53,433 nucleotides of DNA from Psammoneis japonica (lineage: Eukaryota), in NCBI GenBank assembly GCA_008632985.1, contig QPGO01000330.1:1-53433 (forward strand), in the 5' to 3' direction. This document shows, piece by piece, positions 12,381 to 24,849 of this stretch. The notes below the pieces were generated by a model. That model was not told the DNA's origin. It made no database searches and worked only from the letters and a program-made list of their open reading frames with translations. The first letter of the stretch is position 1, and the number at the start of each line of letters is the position of its first letter. The position numbers and the translations under genes were made by a program.

Positions 12381-13555
12381 CCCGTCGTGCAGGCATGGGC
12401 GCTGTGGATTCAGACTTTGGAGACGATGGCAAATGCCGCGACTTTGGAGGTTTTGATGATGACAGTGGCGACGTGGGCAATGCGGGTGCTCATGCCACAG
12501 ATCTTTCATGACAGGCCTGTGTTTCTTTGTTGGAAGAATCACAGACGGCACGGAGACAATGTTTGCCACCCTGCGCCTTCTGATGCAAAACGAGAGGAGG
12601 AATCGCAATGGAAACGTTGGCAAGACATGCATCAACATTTCACACTGCAGACGCCATCACAATCCCTTGGGCACGGAATTGAGTGCAACCCCAATGACCA
12701 TGTCAAGTGGGACATGCGTTCTAGACAAAAAGCACAGCGACCAATGATGTCAACAGTCTCGACGCCACCGGCACACACGTGCACATTCTCGCCTGCTCGG
12801 AAGCACAATCATCTCGAATCCGTTGGTCATTTGGCGATTGAATCTGCAGCCGCCTCTTCCTGCTCCTGCCGACCCTCAGCCAATGAGGCCTTGCCCTGTC
12901 TTGAGATCCTGCACAGATGTTCGATTTTGAGCGCCCCCTTCACAACAAGAGAAAAGATCTTTTTCGCTTTTCGCTTGGCTCCCAGCTTCTCCTCATTCAA
13001 CATTGCGCGGTCTTTGTCTTGAATCTCGATGAAGCGAGCTCTTGGACCGTTGTCCACGAGACAACCTCTTGCAGCTAAAAGGCAAGGGCATGAGTTGATT
13101 CCGCACCTGCACCCGTTTGTTTGACAATGATGATGCAATGGCCTTCTGTTTTTCCAGCAAATTTAGCTTGCTGGCTCGTTCGTGTGACATCCCAACTCAT
13201 CATCCTGAAATCCTTTGCTTTTGAGAAAAGCTTCCATGTCAGGCACTGAAACCCAGCCATCCTTGTCGGCAACTGTGTCTCTTCGAAATAAATCCTTGTC
13301 AATGCCCAGCTCCTTTCTCATTTCCTCTTCTGGGACCAAGTCACTGGCTGTTGTTGAGCAAGCATCAGGGATGCATGTGGACTTCTTCCCAACGGGAATG
13401 AGGACGCCATCGTCGCGGAGCACTCCTTTCGGCAAAAGCTTGGCTCCACTCTTGGCGTTGTCTCGCTTGAGCTTGCGTCTCATTTTTTGACATGGTCAAC
13501 TCGTTTTCATCGGCTTGCCATCTGTGGCGTCGATTGTTCCACCACCGCGAGTGGC

Positions 13556-14735
13556 TGCCCCATCGTTCGTCGAAACCTGAAAGACAGAAATGCACAAATT
13601 CAACGAGAGAAAATCATCCTTGAAATGAAACCAAGATCCGGGAAATGCACTTGCGCTCTTTTTCGTTCCGTCAATCGCATCCTTTTCCAGGTTTGCAGCG
13701 GCCTCTACATCCCCCCCAGCAAACTCCAATTCGTTGTTGGTGTGGACTGCCGGGTGCCGTTTCGTTTTCGAGTCATCGCTCGCATCCGTTGCCTCCATCA
13801 CGGCGGCATTTGCAATCTCCGTTTCGGTTGTTGGGACGCCTTCAGGGGGGCATTTCTTTCTCGTGTTGCCGCTCGCATCGTCCCCAGTGATTGCAGGGGT
13901 TGCATCAGAGTGAGATCCATTTCTGCGTGTGGCGTGCTTGTCATCTCTGTCATCCGTGGCATCCCCTGTTGCAGCACGAGGTGTCACCAAGGAAGCTCGG
14001 TCTTGTTTGCCAGAACCATGCTTGGCAGAAGGCGCTTCCAAGGAAACTCGACCCCGTTCGAAATGCACGAATTCAACGAGAGAAAATCATCCTTGAAATG
14101 AAACCAAGATCTGGGAAATGGACTTGCACTCTTTTTCGTTCCGTCAATCGCATCCTTTTCCAGGTTTGCAGCGGCCTCTACATCCCCCCCAGCAAACTCC
14201 AATTCGTTGTTGGTGTGGACTGCCGGGTGCCGTTTCGTTTTCGAGTCATCGCTTGCATCCGTTGCCTCCATCACGGCGGCATTTGCAATCTCCGTTTCGG
14301 TCGTTGGGACACCTTCAGGGGGGCATTTCTTTCTCGTGTTGCCGCTCGCATCGTCCCCAGTGATTGCAGGGGTTGCATCAGAGTGAGATCCATTTCTGCG
14401 TGTGGTGTGCTTGTCACAACTCCTCTGTGCCAGCTTTGTCGATTGCAGTGTTGTCGTTGTTCCTGGTTCGAAGGTTGGCGTGAGCAACCGCCCCATCGTT
14501 CATCAAAACCTGAAAGGCAGAAACAACCGAATTCAATGAGAGAACATCATCCTTGAAAAGAAATCAAGATCCGAAATGGACTTGCATTCTTTTTCGTTCC
14601 ATCAATCGCACCCTTTTCTGCGTTTGCAGCGGCCTCTGCACCCCCCCCAGCAAACTCCAATTCGTTGTTGGTGTGGACTGCCAAGTGCCGTTTTGTTTTT
14701 GAGTCGTCGTTTGCATTTGTGGCCTCCATCACGCC
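13556..14735. repeat. Three tandem-arranged copies (13556-13943, 14060-14416, and a more diverged 14488-14735)
   Basis: Copies 1 and 2 are offset by 473 bp and nearly identical. The repeated peptide ATDASDDSKTKRHPAVHTNNELEFAGG appears on the minus strand. Confidence 0.9.
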
Positions 14736-15270
14736 AATGGTGGCAGGCTCAGCGGTGTGCTGGGTGGCTGTGGTGGGCTCTGATGATTCAACAACGGAAA
14801 CTTCGCTTGTTGGCTTGCCAGGTCCACAATCTTCTGGAAATGCATTGCCGTTGTTGCCTGGTTTGACAGATCCGTTGACATCCAGCTGAGTTTTGCCATT
14901 GCTGTCGGGCCCGGAGAAGGAATCAACGCCTGGCATGTTGCACTCTTCAGCGGGTGATCCATCTCGGTTTGAGGGTGGCAGTGTGGCATTGTCCCCTTCA
15001 CGTCCTTCAGCTTTGTCACCCTCTCTCCCAACTGCAGCAGATGCTTTCACTGACAGCGCTCTGCTTGGTTTGCCCGGCAAAACTTCGGCTGGCTCTGGAC
15101 ATCCATTGGAAGCCTCCCTCGGCTTTTCAGTTGTGTTCGCGTCTAGCATGACAACGGTGGCAGCTGCAACATCTTGGCCACGAGAGATCTTCTGTCGTTT
15201 GGTCGTTGTGCGGTCCACAATTCTCTTGATCTCATGTCTCTTGTTTCCGGACAGCCAGACTCCATCCTTC

Positions 15271-15663
15271 NNNNNNNNNNNNNNNNNNNNNNNNNNNNNN
15301 NNNNNNNNNNNNNNNNNNNNNNNNNNNNNNNNNNNNNNNNNNNNNNNNNNNNNNNNNNNNNNNNNNNNNNNNNNNNNNNNNNNNNNNNNNNNNNNNNNNN
15401 NNNNNNNNNNNNNNNNNNNNNNNNNNNNNNNNNNNNNNNNNNNNNNNNNNNNNNNNNNNNNNNNNNNNNNNNNNNNNNNNNNNNNNNNNNNNNNNNNNNN
15501 NNNNNNNNNNNNNNNNNNNNNNNNNNNNNNNNNNNNNNNNNNNNNNNNNNNNNNNNNNNNNNNNNNNNNNNNNNNNNNNNNNNNNNNNNNNNNNNNNNNN
15601 NNNNNNNNNNNNNNNNNNNNNNNNNNNNNNNNNNNNNNNNNNNNNNNNNNNNNNNNNNNNNNN
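15271..15663. other. Assembly gap (N run)
   Basis: Run of N characters. Confidence 1.
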
Positions 15664-18255
15664 TCTCTGAAAACCGGAGCTTTTTGCGTTTCAGTCCCTG
15701 TCACACCCGGTCTGATGCCACTCTTGTTTTCACTGTCCAAAGCCAACAAGGCAGCTTTTCTGCGCCTGTGCCCGGTGAGCAACTTCGAGGGCTGGCACCA
15801 ATTCTTCCGCCATCTCCAAAACGGAACGAGCCCGTCGTGTGCAGTTGGCAGATTTCCATTGTTCGTCTGATGCAGATTCTTCCTCACCGTCTTGATCTCG
15901 TTCAGTTGCTGCTGAGGATTGGCAGCAGGTTGCTTTCGAGGAGCAGAGGGCACAGAGCCACGAGACAACACTTGATGTTGTCTTGGAGGATGTTGATTGC
16001 GGTTGTGGATGCTTCGAAGCGGACCTCCTTGCAAAGAAGAATGCTTCACATTGACCGTCGCAGTTCTGTTCAGTTTGGCGGCAGCAGTGGCACCAGACTG
16101 GTTGCTTGCTGCACGTTCTCTCAACAAACCCGCAATCATTCCATGTGTTTGCTCAAATTGATCCCGGTTTGCTTTTGAATGTTGATGGAGCTGAGGCGGT
16201 TTTTTTGCCGGCGTGTCTGGTGGAACCGTGAACTTCACATCACTCTGCATCTTCCAGTGCTGCAAACTGCAAAGATTGAAACAATGGACATTAGAAGGAT
16301 CGTTGGTCACAGTCAAACATTGTGCGACAAAGCGACTCTTGCCTCAAATGGTGCCGACGGAGACGTGCTTTTAGCTGATGTGTTTCAAAAACCATGCGCG
16401 TCAAGCTGATTTCCCTGCAGTTGTGCACTGCACAAAGAACAACGGCTTCATTAGATGAGAACAAGAAAATCAACGACAAGCATCAAACGTGACAAAGATG
16501 CAAAGAGTCGCACTTGCACTTGCATCAGCAGCAACAACAACGACAACGGCAAAGCGATTTGAGTGTCGTGGTTTTTGTGAGTGAGAGTGAAGATCGTTTG
16601 TGATTGCTGATGAAGCGCTTGGATTCCAACGAACTTTATGACGTCATGGATTTGTGGAAAATGAAGTCATTCAAATGTCAAAACTCTGAGATGTGCACTC
16701 CAGGATGAGCTCCGGTTCGCGGCCGCGGATCGCAAGCGCGCCACTGCGTGAAACACCGCGGTGCTGTTGCGGGGAATTTGATCAAATCTCGCACCAACGA
16801 TGGTGATGATTGCAACGCTAAGAAAGTCATCTAAACCTTCGATTCTGCAAGAACGCATTTGGCACACAATCAATTGGCATCTGTTGGATGGGTGTCTAAA
16901 TGCGTTCTCCACGATTTTGATTTTGTGGCGAGCTGTTGACAAACATGCCGATTCAGTCGTTTGTGATGCCATGTCACGTGCCGAGTCTTCATCAACCACT
17001 CACACGCCAGATTTTCGACACCCGCTGAGTTGAAGCCGGCGGTTGTAAAAAAGCTAAAAAACACAAATCGAAAATGGTGGTTGCACGAGCTTGCATTGGT
17101 TCGTGAAATTGGTGTGGAAGCGACCGCAGAGGAGACGGCAAGGGAGCAGCTGGGAGCAGTCCTGCGGGCAACGCAGGATGGGTTTCCAACATTTTCGTGG
17201 TCGGCGCAACAATGTGGGTCAAAAGAAAACTTCATGAATGTGAATGGAAAGACCGTCAAAGCCAGACCCAGGCATTTCCAATTTGGGGAGAGTCCACTTC
17301 TGATGAGGACTCAGCACTCGACATGTGAGCATGTTCGTGGTCGCAGTCGGTGGATCAACGACCCTGCTGCAAAAGCTCAACGGAGAGGCTGGTTGGCTTG
17401 CTTGGGCACAAGGGGAGTCCACCATGGAAGCCACTCAATTTCAGGAAAAAGATCTGCCGACAATGGCAGAAGGTTTCTTGGATTTTTTTGACCATCCTGA
17501 AGACATGGAGCGTGTTGCAGACGAGCTTCGGACAATTTTGAGGGATGGCAACTTGCTGTTTGAGCCAGACTCAAGCGCCATGGATCTTGATTCTGACAGT
17601 GATGATGCAGGCACCCGTGAAGGCAACAATTTTGTCTCTCCACCACCATCCAAGCGCCCCAGAACTGATGAGGACTCCATCATGGATCAAGACAGACGAC
17701 GAATGCGACAAAGACAGTGGCATCAACCGTGTTGAAGATCCTTGGCTCATGGCACCATTGCGGCAATTGGCAAAGGTTGATTTGAGAGCTTTCTCTGAAC
17801 TGGAATTTATTTTGCTTTCAACAGACCAGAGTGACAGCATTGGAGATGCTGCAGCAATCGTGGAGGCATGCAAGACTGGGGATTTGAGCCATCGTCCGAC
17901 ACCATCCAGCCTCTCGAGACGATGTCTGTTTTCAAGCTTCAGGCCTCCAGAAGGATCATTGAGACTGTTCGTGGTGAATTTGTGGCAACCCAGCAATGTT
18001 TCGAACCTTCTGACGATGAACCACTGATTGATTGGCTTGATCAAGTCAAGCAATTTGCAGAAGGCGAGCGATGCGGAGACTGCCACCAATGCGGCGACTG
18101 CGAGTGATGCAGAGAGTCGAGTGAGAGCTTCCTCGAAAAAAACTTCAATCGACTTCAGAATGGCATGTAAAGCATCAAGGACAGAGCAGCACAAGTCGTC
18201 CGACACGTTCGCCATTGCCACAACATTTGCTTGTCAAGAATGGGTGGGTTGCTGA

Positions 18256-19995
18256 ATGCGCTCGCCCCATCATTCCTTCGGAGAGCTCTCAAGGAAGAAG
18301 AGTTTACGTCGGAGTCGACAACTCGAAATCGTGTGCAGCGTCTTGACCCTGATTGACACTTTCCGCCTGAGACGCAATTTCCAAAAGCACTCGATGGTTC
18401 AAGATGAATGCGGCAATGACATCATGATTTACAGTTGTGACGACGACTCTACATTTCATGGTGGCAAGCGTCATGTGCTGTTCGTGACGGCGAACTCAGA
18501 GGACAAGACACCAAAATTCCATCTTGTGACGACATCGGCTTCCGTGTCAGCGGATGGTGACGGCAACTCTGATCTCAATGTCAAAGCATTGACAGATCTT
18601 TTTGGAGAAGAGAATGCCCCTCAGTTCTTCCAACACTTTGGTGGAGGATGCTCCGACAATGCTCCTGACGCCTTGGAAACAACGCAAAAAAGTTTTGAAA
18701 AGGCCACGCGCCTTGTCCCGGAAGAGGCGTGCCTGTTGAATGGTGTCACCAGACGGGCCATTGTTTGGGGCGACCCCTTTCACATTGCGAACTTGGTGGT
18801 CATGTGGGCGTCTCTCGCTGCCTTTGGAGAAACCGACCGCACCAACCATCAAGAAGTCCATCACCGACAACCAACGCAGTCATTTTTTGATGCTCTGAAG
18901 GGGAACAGAGGCCTTGCATGTTCTGTTGCAATGGAAATCTGCAAGGAGCATGACTTGCCAACAGTCGTTCCCAAAGCGGCAAGAGAGCGCCAACAATGAT
19001 GGTGTGTCAACCAATGTCAATGCAAACACTTGTTGGAATTGCATGACATGCAGTGTGGCGATGCAAGTTTCTTTCTCCTTTTTTGCAAAGAAATGGCAAA
19101 ACATTCAGGAGGACATCAAAGCGACGCAATGGAACACTGCGGCACGTTGACGAGCATGCCCAAAATTCGACTTGCTCTTCAATTTGAAGCAGAGCTTGGA
19201 TGTTTCTTTGAGCCTGTCATGGCGTGGCACTCCCGCACCGGTTTGATCGCGAACGTTCCTGGCTTTCGTGTGCTAGAAGTCCACGCCTTCTTTTTCAACT
19301 TTGAGCTGCCATTTTGGAAAAAAGCACGAGTCGAGCCAGCCAAAGCATTCCCCAAGACGTTTGCCAGGCTGTCAGAAATTGAAGATGAAGCGGCAAGAGA
19401 TGTGAAACGAGATCATGTCGTCTCTGGTGGCATTGAAGCTGGGTGCAAAGAACCAATCAAGATGACGAGGCACCATTTCAGCCCGTCCAACATGTTTTTG
19501 GTCCTTGTTGCTGAGCACGCACAATGTTTTGCTCGCGTGTCACTCCGGTTCCTCCGTGAACATTCCGACAACTTGCGATTTGCCGTGGAGGATGCGGGTG
19601 TGTCACAATTTGATGAGCCAGCAGGGCTTGAAGATGAGTTTGCCAAGTTGCTGGAGGTCGACATTGATGGCGTCATTCATTGTCTTCAGCAACTCGGGTT
19701 GTCAAAGCATCGCGCTTTTTCCAAAATCAAGAAGCTCTCATTGGATGAAGAAAACACCGGCCACCTTTTGGATTTTAAGGAGGCACATCCAGCCATGTTC
19801 ACGACATTGCATTCCACATTTGGGCTCTTGCCATCAGCAAGTTGCCCAGCGGAGCAAACGATGGCGATGCTCCGAGGGCATCTTGGACTCAAGACTGCAA
19901 CTTCATCGCACACGAGCACAGACCAACGCCAGCGGCATTTGATGAATGTTGAGCATGACAACCGAGTGGCAAGGCGGAAGAATGTTGAGAACTGA
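18256..19995 (+). mobile_element. Degenerate hAT-like DDE transposase
   Basis: Motif order DDDSTFHG ... GGGCSDNA ... DPFHIANL ... QQ*W (RW with CGA->TGA) ... LLPSASCPAEQTM resembles hAT D, D(N/G)A, CxxH..L, TRW and P.S...ER motifs. Confidence 0.6.
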
Positions 19996-21036
19996 CATGA
20001 CAAACGCCCAACCAGTGGTTTCAAGCATGAGAAAAGCAAGTTGGAGCAGCGAATGGTTGGGGAGCAAATGATGGAGTCAATGGGTGGATGCGAGGACGAA
20101 GTGTTGGCTGAAGAGCTGACCAAAGCTGAATTTGACAGCATCAAAACAAGACACTTGAATGACAAGGGCATCATGGGGAAAGACAAAGCATGGATTGAAG
20201 CCCAAAATGCGAGGGCTCTAGAGAAGGCAGCCCGAAAAAAAAAAAGCCCAGCAAGACGGTGATCGATTTTGAGACTGAAGGCTCGGAAGAAACTGTGGAC
20301 AACGACGAGAGCTGGGCTGCATTCGAGCAAGCCGAGCTCAACAAACGTCGCAAGGAGCTTGCCACCCAAGCCTTTTGGGCAAGAGCCAGTCACTGCAAGA
20401 CATTCTCATGGTGTGCCAAGAAGTCTTTCCAGGGATGCAAAAGCTTCAACCAGGCGGCAGGGGGAAGCTCACCAAGCAAGACGGGCATGAAAGCTCTGAC
20501 AAAAGATTGGCTGTCTGCTGAAGGAGCTGCTGCAAAAATGAACACAGCTGCTGCAGCTGGACTTGAGCATAAAAAGTCTGAGTCCAGCGCAGCGAAGCAG
20601 AAAGAGGCAATGCGGGGTTTGTTTGATGTGGCTGGGTCGGAAATTGGCCAGCACCACTTTGAAGCTTGCAGCAGTGCACGACACTGTGCTGTGTTTGCTT
20701 GGCATGAATCACATGCAATCCTGATGGCATGTGTTGCTTCTCCCCAATCACTGGTCGTGTGCTCAGTGAACACTCGTGGGAAGGATGAGATTCGAAGTTG
20801 GGTGATGTGGGGCAGGTCGTTTCGGAACGAAAAATGTCCATTTTGTTTTCACAAAGCATGGCCTGTCGAGCTGCAATGAGTGCACCATGATCTTAGGATT
20901 GCAAACTGTCATAAATGTTGCCCTTGCTAATCACCTCTACTCTAGAGCAGTGGGCCCTCTAGAGATTAGAGCATGCCGCAACGTTCCTGTTGTCCGCAAC
21001 GCCTGTAGAAATGGCACGAGCGGGCGTGCAAGTTTT

Positions 21037-21096
21037 ACTCGTGACTTCGAATCACGAGTCGAGAATGTATGTTGACTCATTCGATTGAATGAGTCA
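21037..21096. promoter_or_regulatory. Two adjacent perfect palindromic stems: ACTCGTGA-7nt-TCACGAGT and TGACTCATTC-4nt-GAATGAGTCA
   Basis: Inverted repeats at 21037-21059 and 21073-21096. Their regulatory function is only inferred. Confidence 0.5.
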
Positions 21097-22213
21097 CGAC
21101 TCGGGAATGAAAATGGATCCATTCGACTAGAATTTATGAAACTAAAAATGGTTAGACTTTGACCCCCCACTCGAGACAGAAATGCACAAGATGTGAACCT
21201 TATCGGTCTCCTGCCCTTTAAAACAATGTCTTGCGAGAATAGAATAGCCATGTATTGTTCATGGTGTCAGGTATTTGAAAATGGAACTAACTTTTCGCGG
21301 AGCACCTTTGTTGCACGTGAAAGTGCGAGGGACGATTTTTGGTGATGGCTCTGCTGCACAACTAACGCAACCTTCTACTTGCGACCCCAAAAGTTGTTGG
21401 GAACTCTGCATCAGCAAGAAAGCAGGTATCATGTAGTTAATGCAGTCGTACGAATGAGGGGTGGTTGTCACGCGCAAGAGATTGCAGGCTGTGCGCGCGA
21501 AATTTGAAACAGTTGTGGCACCGTTTTCGGGGTGGTGGTGGGTTTTTGTCAACTTCTAGGCATGACATCGATGTTGTAGGTGGATGGTCGGTTGGCATGT
21601 TGTCTGGAAGGGTGCGAATCGCATGACATCAGTCGGCTGGAAATGCATTTTGGAAAAAAATGGGGGGTGTGTGATCACACGTGGAAGCATGACGTTGGGC
21701 CCCATGGCAGCGCCGAGCCGCCGCAGGCCTGGCATGTTGACGTCATGCGCACATTTGCACGAGAACAATTCGTAAAAAACAACAAGTCCCGTGACGTCAC
21801 CACTGCAAAATTGTTGCGCGACGAGCCGAAGGAGTTTCATGTGTGCGACCATGATGAAACGCTGCGATTCTGGCGGCAACACGCAAGCTTGTTCCCAGCA
21901 ATGCATTGTGGCACTGCCATGTGTTCTTTCCTCAATTGCAGCACACAACTTTTTTGGATGAAAACAGTTCAAAACATCTTGTTTTCGGCTTGCAAACCTG
22001 AGGACGCGTGCAAGATCCCACTTGTTCAAGTTGAAGTTGCATCTGGATGGAAGTTCCAGTCGACCGAATTTCCGTGCTTTAATGCATTTGGACCTGATGA
22101 TGCTTTGAACTTGTTTTGAAGAGAAGCATCGCAAAATTTGGACGAGAGCATCACTTTGATGCTTCCGATCATGACACGGGTGCCGGTGCATGCCTTGTGA
22201 GGTGAGCACTCGA

Positions 22214-22582
22214 TGCCGTGGGTGAGTGTGTCTGACCGCATGTGTGTCCTGTTCATGTTTGTCAGAGTTCTTCAGAATGTTTCCCGAACACCACAAGTCT
22301 GTTCAATGACTTGTTCCAACAACGTCAAGTCTTTCCAATGACTTGTTCCGAACAACAAATGTTTCCAATGACTTGTCACATGTGAGAAGAGCTCGGGTTT
22401 CTCTGTGCTTCAAGTGCTGCGTTCTGTCTAAAAATTTCTACGTGATCTCCGACAGACTGACTCTAGAGATCCTCTCCTCTGACTTTGCTCACAATTCATC
22501 TGTGAACCCAAATTGCTGCAAGCACATCTCGTCTGTCAAACTGTCAACCACTTTGTCAACTGTCATCTGGCGCCATTGGACA
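22214..22582 (+). repeat. 5' LTR (contains three internal CAATGACTTGT repeats)
   Basis: Ungapped alignment to 24481-24849, about 91% identical by manual count. Confidence 0.9.
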
Positions 22583-24480
22583 CATCAAATTTACTCCCCG
22601 TTTCCAAACACCTTGTCCTTTGCTTCCACGAAGCCCCTGACATTTACAGCAAGTTCTGCGAATTGTCCTGACCAGCCATGTCAGCCGAAAACTGTCCTTT
22701 CCATCTTGTTCGCTCCAAACGAACATGTGAAGAATGTCGCAAAGATCGTTTTGTGTCGTTCGAGTCTCCACTTGACCCAAATGACCCTGAAGGTCTCAAG
22801 TCTGCCATGGAAGTGTGCACGTTAGATGCCGAAGACCCTGAAGACACTCTTGCTTTCTTCAAGCGATTAGAAGAAGTTTCTGTCATTCTCAGTGTTGCAG
22901 AAGGAATCCCACGTTTCCGTCCAATCGACCGCCCATTGACAGGCCAGCCGATGGATGACTGGACTGCCATCATCGATGAATGCGAAGATTGAGATCAAGA
23001 CACTTTTTTTGCAGCATGTGAGGAACATCTTTTAACCAAGATGACCCGTGACATTGCGGTGGACACCAAAGATTGGTTGCAGTCCCTCAAGAAACCACGC
23101 AATGAGACCGCACAGTTGTTTCTCCAACACATCCATCAGATCAATGACCTCATTCCATTCATGCCATTGCCCGCGGATGAAGAAGACGCACAGCCCATTC
23201 CCAAGTTTGCGGAAGCGGAGTTGTCTGTCATCATCTGGAAAGCTTGTCCCAAATCCTGGAAAAACTCTCAAGTCCGTGCAAATCTACAAGGACTCAATCT
23301 CCGCAAGCAAGTCTCATGCTGCGAAAGTCTGCGCAACATTGACAACTCAGAATCATTTTTGCTGCCTTGTCAAAACCATGATGCAACCGCACAGCAATCC
23401 AAAACAGAATCAAGCAGCAAGAATCAGCAAGCCTTGCAACAAAAATCCAACTCCAACTCGAGTTCCCAAACAAACAACACATGTCCCATCCATGGAGCAG
23501 TCCATCCAAATGGACAAGAATGCAATGTCATTCGCTGTGAGCGAGAAATCTGCCAGCAGCGACGTCAACAAAGGCCCCAACGTGTCCAATCCTCAGAAAA
23601 CAATGGCCCAGACAACCAAACTCGGAGCCAGCCGCAACAGCAGCCAACTCATCGCTGCAACCTGCGCAGCAGAAGCAACCAACAAAGAAACAATGAAAAC
23701 AATGCGATGGAAGATCCTTCCAGCACCCACAATGATCCCCCAGAAGATCTTGGAAGCATGCCATCCGAAACCATCAACGAAATCTACAATCTTCATGATG
23801 AAATCAACGAGATTGAAAGTCAGAATGCTCAAGAATCTCAACAAAATGTCAGCGCAGATGTGCAAGTTCAACTTGCCTCGTCCTCTGCCTCTCATGCAGA
23901 GCAAGCACTCGGTCTCCTCGACTCTGGAGCCAACAACAACTGCACCAAGCGCGAAGCCCTTGAAAAAATCTCCCATCAAATCAAGCCAATTTCCACACCG
24001 GTGCAAAGCCGCTGCAAGTCAGCTCAAGTTCAGAACAAGGCAGCATTCAACATGACATTGCCTGAATTTTCTCAATCGAAGCCCATTGCCATTGAAGCGC
24101 ACATCGAAGACGGTGCAATTGGTCATCGTGCCATTGTTGTCGGTCGCCAAACGTGCAAACAACTCGACATTGTTCTGGATTTCACGACTGCCATGATGAC
24201 CTGTGGCAACGTCACCATCCCTGTGAAAACAGAAAACAAGACTCAACATGCCACCTGTGAAGACTGGCGTCACATCAATCGAAAACATCAAAACGTCCAA
24301 CTTCAAGTTGCGCCTCTGCAAGTCGGCTCAAGCCCAAATTTCATCCTGCCAATCGTTCCAAGTCCAAATTTAACTTTGCCAACGGTGCAGTCACCATCCA
24401 GCGCTCTTCTGACGTCACCGAATGGATCAATCTCCATCATCATCACCCTGAATTCTAGCCTGCCCAGTTGGGGAAGCAAG

Positions 24481-24849
24481 TGCCATGGGCGAGTGTGTCT
24501 GACCGCATGTGTGTCCTGTTCATGTTCATCAGAGTTCTTCAGAATGTTTCCCGAACACCACAAGTCTTTTCAATGACTTGTTTCAACAACGTTGAGTCTT
24601 TCCAATGACTTGTTCCAAACAACAAATGTCTCCAATGACTTGTCGTGTGTGAGAAGAACTCGGGTTTCTCCGTGCTTCAAGTGCTGCGTTCTGTCCACAA
24701 ATTTCTACGTGATCTCCGACAGACCAGCTCCAGAGATCCTCTCCTCTAACTTTGCTCACAACTCGTCTGTGAACCCAAATCACTGCGAGCACATCTCGTC
24801 TGTCAAACTGTCAACTGCTTCATCAACTGTCACCTGGCACCATTGGACA
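24481..24849 (+). repeat. 3' LTR
   Basis: Ungapped alignment to 22214-22582; preceded by a polypurine tract and followed by the TSD. Confidence 0.9.

Larger units (their letters stand above)
5215..20890. other. TpA-depleted hypermutated domain 2 (mosaic of TE and captured fragments)
   Basis: Only scattered TA sites over ~15 kb. Overlapping ORFs are nearly Tyr-free and Cys/His-rich. Contains helicase and transposase remnants. Confidence 0.9.
22214..24849 (+). mobile_element. Complete non-autonomous LTR retroelement (Ty3/gypsy-like gag + aspartic protease, no RT/integrase), 2636 bp
   Basis: 369 bp LTRs TG...CA at 22214-22582 and 24481-24849. 5 bp TSD CTCGA (22209-22213) / CTTGA (24850-24854). 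Purine tract GGGGAAGCAAG at 24470-24480. Gag-like LKKPRN...INDLIPFMP, knuckle CPIHGAVHPNGQEC, and protease LGLLDSGA. Confidence 0.9.

Noticed and set aside
14547..16316. Long ORFs spanning 14.5-16.3 kb
   Set aside because: Their length comes from reading through the N gap.
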